64,000 bases of DNA from Marsupella aquatica (GCA_973895155.1 OZ316895.1:2467659-2531658); one strand, 5' to 3'. Positions 1 through 12,699 are shown, counted from the first letter of the stretch. The notes: generated by a model from the letters alone, not told the origin. Numbers and translations are program-made.

Positions 1-3000
1 CTCCAATTCGAGCGGGTCCCCCGAGCACATTGCCACTTCAGCACTGGCAAGCAACCCCCTCGACCGATCCTCGACCAGAAAACCAGAACAGCCAACACCA
101 GCCCTAGACTGGTTGGTACCCTCACTTCCTTTTACACTACCTCATTCTTCACTCACTGCGAACTGTGTCCCTCAGATCTGCGATTTTGCACCCAAACGTA
201 CGTAAACGGCGGGAAGCCGCGCTCTCTCTATCTACGCTTCTTCAGTCTCAAAGAGCTACAGTACTACTCCTCATCCAAATACGGTACCACACTACCACGC
301 CTCAAATCAATCAAATCAAAAGGATCATAAAAGGAAGAGAGTTCATCTTATTACTGTACAGCACCGAGTACTCTGCTTACTCCTTGCCGAACCTGTTACT
401 CGGTTAGTCTACAGCTTATCACAGTGCTCCGTAAGCAGATTTGAATTCACAGAGGAATAGATTCGTAAACTCTCTAAACTCCAACCGTAGATCCCTAGAT
501 GGAAGGCCCACAGTTATTCCATCGAATCCGCACTGCTGTTTTATTTATTTTATTTTTTCGAAAAGAGGTGTTTAAATCGGCACGTTTACACCAATGAGTG
601 GAGCCGAGGACTGTATCGTGCCTAGTAAAAAGCAGACGAGGGCGACCGGTTTCAGGTTCGGGTGCGCTGCGTTTATGGCAATCTGACGTTCGGGTACGAA
701 GCTGTGGGGCGTAGGGTCATAAGGGTCACGGCTGTGTGGGACGAGCTGTGTGTTTTTGGGCCAAGGACGAGGAGGACGTCTTCCGGGGGACGTCCCTTCC
801 GAACGATGCGCGTCGTGGTGAACGCAAGGTCTGTTTGTTGGTTCGTCTGCGGCCTTCAGCCCATTTGCAACGGGAATATTTGCCCACCACGAATTTGAAC
901 TCGTCACCGCTCATTCGGATTCTTCAACGTTCGATAGGCCTGTACTGCGTACAGCAACCACGTACAGCACTATACTCTACTGTGTACGCTTTGACATACC
1001 ACACAAATACCTCAGTTCATTTTGAATGAATTCAAAGCTAGGGCAAGGTTTCCTGGCATACACTTGGATGTGGTCTCCATTAAAACCTTAGCACTTGAAT
1101 AGATACTCAAAATGTTTGTGCATTCGAATGGGTCTGGACTGCATCCTAATCTCTCTGAGTCTTGTGACCTCAACCATCAATGCAAATGGAGGTCTGAAGA
1201 GCCGGTTGGTTTTGCCATTGCATTTCTTGGTAAAAAAAGTGGTGGTCTGCAGCTCGGATTTGGCTAGTAGAGCACTCAAAGCAGGGTTGTAAGTGAGTTG
1301 CCGCCAAGCACATAAAGAGGTTTCAAGGCTAGGATGTAACTCTTTATAGGGTACAAAATGTACCTAACAAGGCTCATAGATCTATCCAATTAGTTTGTGT
1401 ACCCCTTGTGTTATGCTCGCGAGTAAACTAATGTATGCTCTCTCACAAAGGTTGTTAGAGCTCAATCTTCATGCACCACCCTTTGCATCTTGTAAGCAGG
1501 CATCAATGTCATCTGGTAGCACTTCAAGCCAAACAATTCCAACAATAATTGTGATGAGCTCATACTCAAGCTTATAAATTAGCTTGACAGGCAAGAGACT
1601 TGGCCTATAAATAATGACATGGATCACATTTTTGGGTTTTGGCATTACTAGTGGTTGCATGAGAGAAATATATACATAATAATCCTTATTAAACTCAAAC
1701 TTCTCACCCCAAGTTCTTTCCCCTCTTGCCCACCCAACCTTCCACCTCATTTTTTCCCACAATCCTATCATTCTCACTTTTTATCTTTTTCGGTTCATTC
1801 CCTTCAATCTCTTTCATCTGATTGGTTTGATGAGGGTCATCAGAGAGTTTGGGGAATCCATTTTTTGCCAAATTTATTTCGTAAACAGGTCCCACAGCTC
1901 AGTAGTGACATAAAAACTCTCAGCCGAAACAAGCTTGAAAGACAAAATTATGGCTAAAGAACTCTTTTGATGCATCTCAGGATGCTAACATACCCAAGTA
2001 GCACAGAAATGATATCATGAAAACCCCAAAAGATCAGCTGCCTAACTTGAAGTATCATTGGCAGGTCTGAAATGCATTAATTATCAACATTTGATCTCGT
2101 TCATTCATTTAAGACATCCCATAACATGCATATTTATGGACCCCACTAAAGGTCCCTTCCAAAATTTGAGACTCCACAGCGCACCATGTCATCATGGCAC
2201 GTAGGAAGAGATCTGTTTTTGGATAAAATTAACTTTTACATTCATGTTTGTGGCAACTTTGCTATAAAAATTGGGACGCCATGCCGTAAAAAAGAATGTA
2301 AAAAATTGGCATGCAAATCAAAAGACAAAAAGATTGATGTAAAATTGCTCCAAGTAGCAGTTTTATTTACATTTTCATTTTATTCAAAACATAAAATTTT
2401 CCCAACAGTAATTTTTTATTTGATATTTTTGAGTCATATCATAATGAAAACTCACGTATAATACGACGTTGGAAAGATCTTGAAGAGATGGTCCTGATGA
2501 GCTCAACATTGTCACCATTCGATAAGAATTGAGTAAGAAAATAGATTTTACCCATGATTTTGTAAACTCTAACTGAATAGAAATCTTTGTTGTACATTCC
2601 CTGAAATGTTGACCCCTTCAGAATGAACCTAAAATTGACAGATTTTATTGAGTACTAAGGAGATTATGATTTTTAGAATTTCTTTGAGGCTTTTTGCTGA
2701 ACTTAACATTGAAAGATTTAGTTAAGTTCCGAGGAGATTATAAGTTTCCAATGTTAGAATTCTCTAGCTTTCCATTGAGTGTGACATTGGGGGATTTTAT
2801 CAAGTACTAAAGTGGTCATGAGTTTCTAAATTTCTCTAACTTTCAATTGATTCCAAATTCCACAATTGGAGATTTGTTTCCATGAAATTTTTTGTTTTAA
2901 ACAATTATGCAAAGTTAGTGATTTGATGACACCGATGACTTCTCTCTCTTCGTCTATCTGCGGGTAGGAATTGAAAAGTGATTACTCTCGATGCAACTTG

Positions 3001-4114
3001 AGTGCATAAATCCAGCATCCCTACGGTACTATGGAGGAACCGTCGAGCACCGTTTTGCTGAAGTGGGCAATTAAGCTACCCACACATTAAACAGTGGTTC
3101 ACATTGCAACTAGTTTTGTGATTTATGTTAATTATGCAACCTTGGTAAGTTTGGCAACTGTTCCTAGTGTCAAACATTGACTTGTCCATTTTTGAATTTA
3201 TTTTTCTTTAGATTTGGAGGTCCATCTAGGCTTCAGATAACTGCCTCTAAACTAACATGGGGGTCCACAGATTAATTTATTGTGACCGTTATGCACCGTC
3301 ATCCACCATTCACTTTGTTAGCAAAAAATTGATCGTATGCATCAACCAATCAAATTGAATGGTAGAGTTAGACGTTGTGCTCAGCCCAAACAATAAATTA
3401 ATATAAAGAAATTTTTCATTACAATCCAAAAAGTAGATAAAACAGGTACTTTTTTATTCCACTCATTATTCTTTGGCATGGTAATTTCCAATTTTCTTAA
3501 CTTTTAATAGTTCCCAGGTCTACTTGTTTTGTTGGCTTTGCAACAAACACAACCATTTGTGTTTGTTTTTCACCACAAACATCATTGTTTGCATTTAGTG
3601 AGAATGCTGACATGGCGCAACCACATGCCACAAATTACAAGAGACTCATCATGGGGATCCATAAAAGGTGCTTGTTTGGGGGTAGGCATTCATCCATCTT
3701 TTGAGATTGGCCTGAGTCATGACAGGGCCCAAGTCACATTGTCACTTTGTACCCTTTGGTCTTGTTCATGTAGCTTCTCTTGCGGGTTTCCAGTCACCAA
3801 AATCCCAGGTGAAATTGATTATTTTTAACAAGAAGATACGCTTGAGAATTTTTACACTTTTCATTTGCCAGTTCTTGTTGGTCCACAATAATTTCTTATT
3901 CCAATGAGTTTCTCCTTGCAATACTTTTCTTTTGGCAAAAATACATAATTCCACTTGGTATCCAAAACAATTGCAAGAAATAACTCCATGGCATTCCACT
4001 TGGTATCCAAAACAATTGATATTTTTCTGAACAATATTTTTTTCGACAGGTGAACAACATGTTTCTCCAAAAGAATTCCAAAAACATGTGCCATGGTCCC
4101 CAGATTGAATTCAC

Positions 4115-4280
4115 GAGTATTCTTCTAGATCTTCACTTTGTGCAGACAAATGATTGATTCCTGGTTCTTAGTCTTGTTAATCCACTTCTTAGCGAATTCA
4201 AGAGTATTCTTCTTGATCTTCACTTTGTGCAGACAAATGATTGAATCCTGGTTCTTAGTCTTGTTAATCCACTTCTTAGC
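4115..4280. repeat. Two-copy tandem duplication, ~88-bp unit
   Basis: gagtattcttct(a/t)gatcttcactttgtgcagacaaatgattga...ccacttcttagc occurs at ~4115 and ~4203. Confidence 0.85.
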
Positions 4281-4319
4281 CCACAGTGCACAGTTACTAT
4301 CTCCCAAGCCTCCCACATT

Positions 4320-5640
4320 TCAGTTGCAGATGGTGAGGTTGTCAGTCATTTGGGGGTCATGAACGCAGAGTGATTGGATTCTTTTGTGGGATCTTCTCCC
4401 TAGTTGAGTCTCCTTTAGATGCAATTTGCTTGAAGTTAGTGCCCTTGGCTCTATTATTGGGGCAACAATAGTATGATCTATCTGGTTTTCCTCCAAGACC
4501 ACCACTACCATCATTCTCTCGGTTGCCAAAGTTGACTCCTTGCTATTTGCTACTTCTAGTTTCTTCTACTTTTGTTGTTGCCTGTTTTGGTGTGTACTTT
4601 TAGGTGTAGTATTTGGACCCTCCGTAGTGTTTTTGGCTGGTGAGCAAGCTGCTTTCTTCATGTTCTTTTGCATCTTGATCTCCAGTAAGTCGGGCACTAC
4701 TTCTCGCTGTGTGTTAGCTGATGGTGACAAACACACAAGTTGACCATCAAATGAAATTGTTACCACCAGTAAAGGCTCCCCTTCAGTGTTCACCCTTTTG
4801 AGTCTTGTTTGCTTCTCTATTCTCAGGTAGGTCTGAATTACCTGTGCTATTGTGCCGTTGTTGAATTTCCTTTTCTTCATGGAGCCTGTTGTCAAATTCT
4901 CCCTCCTCTAGTACTTTTAACACTCCATAGGGATTGGATGATTTGTAGTGATTGTTATCTTTTTTGTCCTGTTTGTTCCTAGTCCCTCATAGCTAGCCTA
5001 CTGGCAGAAGCCCATTTTGAGTGGCTGGTTGTTTCTGAGTCCCTGCTTTGTTGCCATTTGTTTCCCCTGGCCCTCCCATCTCCTTTTGCTCCTTGCCTAG
5101 TTTGCTTGGGCAGTGCATGGAGATGTGTCCCCTTTGTTTACATCCAAAGCATGCATCAGGTAGGGTGTGGTAAATCACACCAACCTTGTAATTACCCACC
5201 CTGGGATGGCAACATTGATATTCTACCAAGTCCTCAGGAAGGTTGCAGGGCACCCAGCCCCTGATGTGGGAGAATTTGTTTCTTGATTTATGAGTCTGAG
5301 CATATAAGAGTGTCCCTACCTTAGCAAGCATTTGGTTGATGTAGTACTCAAAAGAAGGATTCGACAAGGGAAGATCAATCCAAACAAGAGCTCTTGGGGA
5401 CTTCATAGCTTTGGCGTCAAAATCTGGCGTCCGTGACATGGCTACCACGATTCTCTGCCCCATGTTCAGATCTGGTTCTCAATACGGTTCCATCAAGATT
5501 TTGTTCTGATCTTCAGCATTTGCAACAAAGATATGAAAAGCATATTGGGCTAGTACCCTGACTTGGTCAATCCCAATTCCCGTCCCTGCACTGATTATGT
5601 CGTAGACCCTAGTTGGATGAAATCATTAGTGAAAGGATGA
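4320..5640 (-). mobile_element. Degenerate non-LTR retrotransposon (LINE/L1-like) ORF1 remnant
   Basis: ORF 4993-5463(-) has 'LVWIDLP', then a Cx2Cx4Hx4C knuckle (CFGCKQRGHISMHC) and a low-complexity tail, typical of plant L1 ORF1. The frame is broken and the boundaries are approximate. Confidence 0.6.
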
Positions 5641-6860
5641 TTCCATTCTACTGCAAATGAGAATTTTGCTTGCAATAACATTACGATCAACAACAATCAT
5701 TTCACATCGCATTCCTTTTGAAGGTTGGTGAGGTGTTTTGGAGGAGTGTGCCAGCTGAGCTTGAAGATCTTCACTAGAGACGTGTTGTCCAGCTTCTATG
5801 TCTAAGTTTTGGTCGTAGGGATTGTTGTTCTCTTACTCTGCCTCCTCTTGTATTCCTCGTTTTCACTATCGCATTGATTGTTTTGCTCTTGATGGTCTTC
5901 TTCATCCCAGGTTCTACTCGTTGCACAAGCAACAGTGGCATAGGAAATATCCCAAGCTACAACTGATTCCCCAATATTTGACTGATTTGCATATCAGATG
6001 TGTGTCAAGACATCCACCAATGTTGTGTGTCCCTTCAATTTCTACTTTGTTGTTCAGGTCACTTCTTGCCTGAAACCCTGATATTGTAATGTCCTGTGTT
6101 TCTATCAAATCCATAGAATACTCAAAAGTAACCTAAGCTATAGCTCCCGAGCGCGATTGACTGATAAAAAATGGTATGTCCCGACATGTACAATTTGGTC
6201 TTGAAAATCTCCAGGCTCTTGTCCATCCTAAGGCATGTCCAGCTGCTTCATCGTTTGGCCCGCGGCCGAGCCCATGAGAGCCATCGCAATTGCCCTAAGG
6301 TTTCTTGGGTCAAGGCTTCAATTCCCAAATGACCAAGCCCTTCAAGATCACTCCATCATTCACTTTCCAGACTTTGCATTTCCAAAACTCAACTAGTAGT
6401 AAGCTAACTTTGACATTTGGTCCCTGTGTATCTAATGGAATTTGATTTTTGTTTGTTTCTTAAAAACTAATTGGGAAGATTGTTGCCACGAGGCTAACAT
6501 CATCAAATTCCATTGAGAATTGAGAGTCTTATGAATTTCCAATGATGACTAATAACCTGATGTAGAGCGCCCTAAGAAGACCTTAATCAAAGAAACCTTG
6601 GAAGATAACCTGAGTTGGGCAGAGAGATCAACTTAAAATCACAAGCACCACGTGCAATCCAAAAGTTGATCTTGGATTGGATTCGTAAGTCACCCTAAAG
6701 CTAAGTCAAATAACTGACAACTCACCCACCTTCTAGTGCTTTAGAGAAAATTCTATCGTTATCAGTGTGATTCCGTCCTGGTTGGGGTAGAATCATAACG
6801 ATACTTTTGAAATCCCTTAATATCAGATGCACGTGTGATTCAATCCATCCTGGTTGTCAA

Positions 6861-7190
6861 TGTCACACCATTCTGAGTAGTGTAGTAGTATATCGTGTTA
6901 TTAGAGTATGTACGTTTGGTATGAGTGCTATTGGAGCCGATAAGGTTCTGTCAGGTTTGTGTGAGAGGGTACTTCTCACTTGTGAGGCATTGAAAGGTCA
7001 TCTTTCAATGTTGAGCCTTGGAGAGAGAGGAGCTTGAGTGTGGCTATGGTGGTTGTGAGCTCCGCTTGTGTAACGTGGATTCCTTGAGTAGTGCAAGGTG
7101 CGTTGGCTTGACATACGTGTGTGATCGGATCGGTGCGGGATCGATGGGGTATTGTTGACCGAGATCGTTGTGCCGATTGTATGGAGATTA
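6861..7190 (+). repeat. Terminal repeat A1 (330 bp)
   Basis: Identical to 15980-16309 except T/C at 6898/16017 and 7053/16172. Confidence 0.95.
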
Positions 7191-7201
7191 CATTGAAAGA
7201 T
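7190..7201 (+). promoter_or_regulatory. Putative self-priming primer-binding site
   Basis: ACATTGAAAGAT at the end of A1 is the exact reverse complement of ATCTTTCAATGT at 7000-7011. No TGG-type tRNA PBS is present. Confidence 0.65.
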
Positions 7202-7460
7202 CACATTCGAAATCTGTTTTACGGACTGTGCGGACAGAAGTTCGATTGATTGAGTTGTCGACGGTTCGTGGTAGCTCGGATTGTGTGTTGTTATCGAACA
7301 GATCGTTGGTATCTTGACCTGTATCGTTGTTGTCCGATCGGCTTGCTTCTCGATCGATGTACAGATCTGTGATTGGTGACAGGTTTTGAGTTGGAGGTCG
7401 ATTGATGATTCGTGGAGGAAAGCGAATGTTGAGTAGATGTTGGACAGTGGAAGTCGATCC

Positions 7461-7550
7461 GTGAGGCTTCAGATCCGATTGCCGGCTACTGTGAGGCTTC
7501 AGATCTGATTGTCGGCTACTGTGGGGCTTCAGATCTGATTGCCGGCTATT
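7461..7550 (+). repeat. 3 x 30-bp tandem repeat in the retroelement 5' leader
   Basis: gtg(a/g)ggcttcagatc(c/t)gattg(c/t)cggcta(c/t)t at 7461, 7491 and 7521. Confidence 0.9.
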
Positions 7551-7788
7551 GTTGGACGATGTTGGCAAGGCGCAGGTGAAGCGACGGCTCTTTTCCTGAA
7601 GGAACGGAGCTGCCAATGCCCCATGCGACGATATCATCGTTTCAGTGAAAGAAACGAGGGTCAAAGGTGTTGAATCAAGCTGCTGCCAGTTCTGTGGAAG
7701 GGCTGTGTTTTTCATGAAGGAAATCGACAGTTTTCGGGAGCTTTTCGTGAAGGAAGTAGTCATTTTTGGGGTCAGGTGTGAGGCGCAC

Positions 7789-8029
7789 GAGGTCACCCAT
7801 CCCGAAAGTGCTCGCGTGAGGCGACGCGTGAGGTCACCCATCCCGAAAGTGCTCCCAACCGTGAGCGCGAAGTCACCCATCGCGAGCGCAGGCAGGCGCA
7901 AGGTTGAGGTCACCCATCCCGGGGCTATTCCGGGCTGTGAGCGCGAGGGGAGGCACAAGGTCGAGCGCGAGGAGGTCACCCATCCCGGGGCTATTCCCAG
8001 CCGCGAGCGCTTAACTGGCAAGTTCTCAT
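7789..8029 (-). promoter_or_regulatory. 5S rRNA-derived internal control region (A box-IE-C box) plus four extra C-box-like copies, antisense
   Basis: Minus strand 8029-7970 reads atgagaacttgccAGTTAAGCGctcgcggctgggaatagccccgGGATGGGTGACCTCCT, colinear without gaps with the plant 5S ICR as I recall it. GTCACCCATC recurs at ~7792, 7833, 7872, 7909 and 7975. Confidence 0.7.
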
Positions 8030-8748
8030 CCCACCTTGTGTACACACAAGCTTTGACAACTTGTTGTTTAGATTCAAGCGCCAGGGGGCTTTATACACTT
8101 CCCGGTTTGTTTAGAGGCCTATTCTAGGCCAAATCAGAGGCTGTTTGAGGGTTTTTGATACTTCTGAGTCCATCTAGACTCACAGATTGAACCAATTTTG
8201 CCTTGGTTCTCATCTACAACATTGGAGTGCCATTGTGAAGCCTATTATGAAGGCTCTTCCTTGAACCTTATGCACATTATCATATTGATTTGCATTTGCT
8301 TTTGTGTGGAGAGTTGAATGGTATCCATTCTTGTTTCTGGATCCTCTTCACACATGTTTCCTGTTTATGCGCCATGTTAGTTTCGTGTGGGCGCTTGATT
8401 CCATAGGAGTGATCCGGGTTTGCAACTGGACATTCTAGTGTGCTGTGTATTTCTCTCTTGGTGATGTTGGAGTGATGCCCAACACACCATGGTGAGTGCT
8501 TGTGGTGCTGACAGGGATAGATTGCCCTTAGGGTTAGCACATAGATTAGGTTAGGGTTGGTCACCACGGATTCTTCTGGTGCTGCTGGATTACCCGATGG
8601 ACGACGGACCGGTTTCACTCGGAGTGGGGCACAGTTTCGGCCAGCGGCATTGGTAGCAGTCAGCAGTGCAGCTTCAGACAGTGATTCTGATGAGGACTCA
8701 GTGACCAGTTCTCCTCATCATCAGGTGGTTGCACCTTTGTTGTGGGAT

Positions 8749-9800
8749 ATGGACGAGATGTACGGGGCTACAAAGGGCCCACGACGATACTCTGGTGCAG
8801 TTGGCACAATTGATGTGGATGACTTCATCCAGGAGTTTGATACGTGGTGCGATATGCAGACATTGCGTAATGTCACGTTGTTTACCCCTTTCATGGCATG
8901 GAAGGGATTATTCCAGCATTTGGAGGGGCCACCAATGGATGACTACCATGAGTTTTGGAAGGCTCATTTGGTTGAGATTGAGGCATGGAGGCAGCATTGG
9001 TCGCCTAATTACGTGTCCATCACCTATGGCACTAGTGCGGCTGCCCAACCAATTGCCACAGCTGCTGCTTCTTCTAGCAGCACTAGCCAGAGTGGCACAC
9101 CATCCACCAGCAGCACTCCAGCAGCATCCACCACTACTCCTGCCGGTGTGATTGTGACAGGAACTGGAGTTGCGCCAGCATTTAATCTTGTGGTGGAATT
9201 CTTTGAGGTACTGAAGCAGAACTATCAGGGTGTGAGAACTGATAAGTTGAAGGGTCTTCAGGAGTTCCAACGCAAGACTGGAGAGAGCCTACGTGAGGCA
9301 TACACATGTATGCGCAGATTGATCACTGTCACCAAGGGAGTGACAGAGGCTCAGGCAGTCCAGTTTTGGTATGCAATTCTGGACAGAGAATTGCGACGCA
9401 GAGTGAGAGATGTCACTCTGCTTAGGGATGCAGATTCCACATTAGCAGTTGTTTTCACCCTTTCTGAGCGCATTGAGCTCAACATGGTGAATGAGAAGGT
9501 GGTGACTTCCGGATTTGCCAAGGAAGCACCAAAGGCTGCATCTACATCCACACCACATCCTACTGCACGAAAGAGCCAGAGGGAGAAGCCTACTGCACGA
9601 GAGTCTACCAGCCAGAGACCTGTGCCCTCTTATGCTGGACAACAGTCAGGATGTTGGACCTGTGGTGGGGATCATGCACAGAGATATTGTCCAGATCATA
9701 GAGGATCAGGGGGAGCATCAGCGCCTGATCAGCGACAGTGTGATCATTGTGGAGCTCCTGGACACACCAAGGATAGGTGTTTCTCACTCCACCCTGAGTT
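8749..9800 (+). other. gag: Gag domain with two zinc knuckles
   Basis: Capsid-like 'FQRKTGESLREAY'; knuckles CWTCGGDHAQRYC and CDHCGAPGHTKDRC; RGG-rich tail follows. Confidence 0.85.
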
Positions 9801-10659
9801 ACGGAGAGGAGGATCCCGTACACATGATCAGGGAAGAGGAGGTAGAGGTGGTGGACGTGGTCGTGGCATGCCACATGCAGGGAGACAGGGAGGTGACGCT
9901 GCCCCTGCTATAACCATAGATCCAAAGGATGCTAAGATTGCTCAATTGGAGCAACAACTAGCTGCCATGGCTAGTTCCCAGGTGAGACCTAATTCTGGTG
10001 ATGGGGCATCTACATCCTATGGACCTTCCACATCCCATGGTCCTTCCACATCTTATGGAGCTGATGGAGACCTTGCCACCATGGGATTCATGTGTGGCAC
10101 TGCACATATTGATGCATCAACAGCTTTGACACGTGGGGCAGCCAAAACTCTTGAGCCCCGAGGAGCAGTAGTGGAGTTAGATCCACAAAGGGGGGATGCA
10201 CGTCGGCAGACAAAGCTTCCTCAGTCTTTTACATTGTCAGAGACAATTCAGACTGCCTCTATGAACCCGGTTCGGACAAACCCTGATGTGGGTAAGTTGG
10301 CAGAATCAGGTAGTGATGCAGCAGGGATGACATGTACCTTGCTGGGGGCGGCTACTGCCATAGTACGCACCCCATTATTTTCAGCGACAGACATGCTGAA
10401 CTTGGGAGTTGGTCCTGTAGAAGTGTTCAGATTGGCAGCTACACTCTGTGAGGACACTCCAGTGGTTGCTTCCCATGCAGAAGCAACTTGTAGTGTTGAT
10501 GCAGTGAAGACCATGCCACCTACTGCTACTAGTGAGACATGGCATGCAGCAGCAGCGAGGTTGGTGGATTTACCAGCACGCCCTGCATTTGAGAGGACTA
10601 GGTTTAAACCTAGTGTTGTGTCATTGGATAATCGGAGTGGTATCTTCCGATTAGTTGGG

Positions 10660-11010
10660 CCTTCTGGAGCAGTATACCAGCCAGAGAGAGTGTTACTGGA
10701 TACTGGTGCTCAGCCCTTGATGTTGGGGAAGTCTGCCATACGTGGATTGGGATTGCGTCCAGAGGATTTGGAGGATTGTCCCTTTCCCATTCAGACTTCA
10801 TTGGGGGGACCTACACCTACACAGCATATCACCAGGAGACCACTTGATTTGAGGATTCAGGAAGGTCATACCACAAATAGCTCACAGATACAGGCGCGAG
10901 CTATTCTGACTAAGGCAGAGTCATATGATGTGTTGGTGGGATGTACAGTGCTCTACCCCATGGGATTTATTCTTGATTTTTGGGAGGAATCAGTGTCATA
11001 TAGACCTGAT
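10660..11010 (+). other. Aspartic protease domain
   Basis: VLLDTGA active site at ~10690 and 'YDVLVG' motif. Confidence 0.8.
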
Positions 11011-11400
11011 TGGCAGTCAGGAGATGCTCGATTGAGCAAATTGCCAGTGAGATTTAGTGGACCTGTGGGAGGCTCTAAATCCACACCATTGTCTTTGGCA
11101 GCATTTAGTGGTGTAATTGCTGGACCTGATGATTTGATTGAGGGTAATGCGCATGCAGCCGATGTTCCACCATTGGAGGAGTCTCATGAGGAGCACATCA
11201 TGCGAGGGTTACCTGTTGGCAGTGTTGTGCCACCAGTGTGGGGCACTGCACAAGCCTTGCCACAGGCAGCAGCACGATTGGTACATGATGCATGGCGTCA
11301 TGCTTTTACACCACAGTCAGGAGTAGAGCAGTCTCTTGCAGATGGACCTGTGATTCTTTCACCATTGGATACCACTCCTATTGCTTGGCAATATCCACCG

Positions 11401-12345
11401 GAGGGTATTTGTTTGTTGGATCTTTTTGGTGGGATTAGCACTGGATTGGCTGTTGTTCTTCAGGCAGGAATTCCTGTGCGTCGTTATTTATATGTGGAGA
11501 CAGATGAGACAGCACGGAGGGTCTCATTGCGACATGTGGCTATGTTGGTGGATAGATATCCATAGTTGCTACCAGTGGATGCTGTTCGTGGTTATCAGCA
11601 TGCACTACCTGCTGATATTTCATTGCTGGGGGCGGATCATCTGCATTGTGTTGGCCCCATTGATTTGGTGATTGCTGGTTGGCCATGTCAGGGCCAATCT
11701 AGAGCTGGCGTTGGGCATGGACTTCATGATCCACGCTCTGCATTGTTTTGGGAGATGTTACGGGTGCTGCGTCACCTCCAGCTACATCAGACACAGTCTC
11801 CTGCATACATTTTGGAGAATGTGCCATTGTTAGGTGATGATCGTAGTCGGATTGTTGCCAGTGTTCACCAGGTGAGGTCTTGGATTGGACCTGCTGTGTT
11901 ATTGGATGCTGCACGTGTGGGTTCTCGTGCACATCGTCCACGCTTATGGTGGACTAATTTGATCCCATATGAGGTGTTGAAGCGCGCATTTGACAGTATT
12001 CCACGCTCACCAGCCTTAGTGGTGGATGATATTTTGGATCCAGGGCGTCGTGCACAGGGTGTGACCCAACCTGATAGACCTCCATTGGCAATGGTCAATG
12101 CAGTTGGGTGCCCACGTTGTGCATTACCCACTCTTGTAAGCCACTCTGCTTCATATGCATTCAGAGCAGGTGGCCCTGGACTTGTATGGCACACAGCTCT
12201 CCAGCAGTTAGTGGAGCCTATTGCTGATGAGAGAGAGCGTGCTATGGGATTTTTGACTGGCACCACTGCAGTTGCCTCTGTGTCAGAGGGTTTGCGGCGC
12301 CAGGTTCTTGGTCAAGCAATGGATTTGAATTGTTTGACTTGGATT
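11401..12345 (+). other. C5 cytosine DNA methyltransferase domain inside Pol
   Basis: Motifs in canonical order: I LLDLFGGISTG, II YLYVE, III ADI, IV IAGWPCQ (Cys codon 11686), V DPRSALF, VI ILENV, VIII HRPRLWW, IX ERERAMGF, X LGQAM. Confidence 0.92.
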
Positions 12346-12699
12346 ATCAGCTTGGGAGTAGCTGAATAGTTGCGGATGCGCTCTGCCGGAATTACTGATT
12401 GTCCCTTGGTGAGCTTGCGGTCCACTGAGACAGTATTGACCACAGCTGGGGGCGAGCAAACAGTCCATGGACCTATGACAGGATTGGCAGCTGGACAGAT
12501 TGTTGAGCAGGAAGAGACTGCTCAATCTACTGCTAAATAGCAATCATCGGCTATCTCTTCTACCCTACAAAGAGATATTAGGGATTTGGTGGAGAGTTGG
12601 GAACCACAGCTTGGCCCTAAGTTAACAGAGGAGGAGAGACGTCGCATGCATCGATTCCTGAAGAGTTATTGGAATTGTTTTGCATTCAGCATGAAGGAT

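Noticed and set aside
1-470. 5' leader of a minus-strand gene running off the window edge
   Set aside because: Only a possible splice donor (~125) and composition hints; no coding evidence in the window.
7970-8029. Functional 5S rRNA gene
   Set aside because: Only the internal control region matches; the 5' and 3' helix I sequences and the T-run terminator are missing.
11401-12345. Bacterial restriction-modification methylase or contamination
   Set aside because: In frame within Gag-Pol, no partner endonuclease, and surrounded by spliced plant genes.
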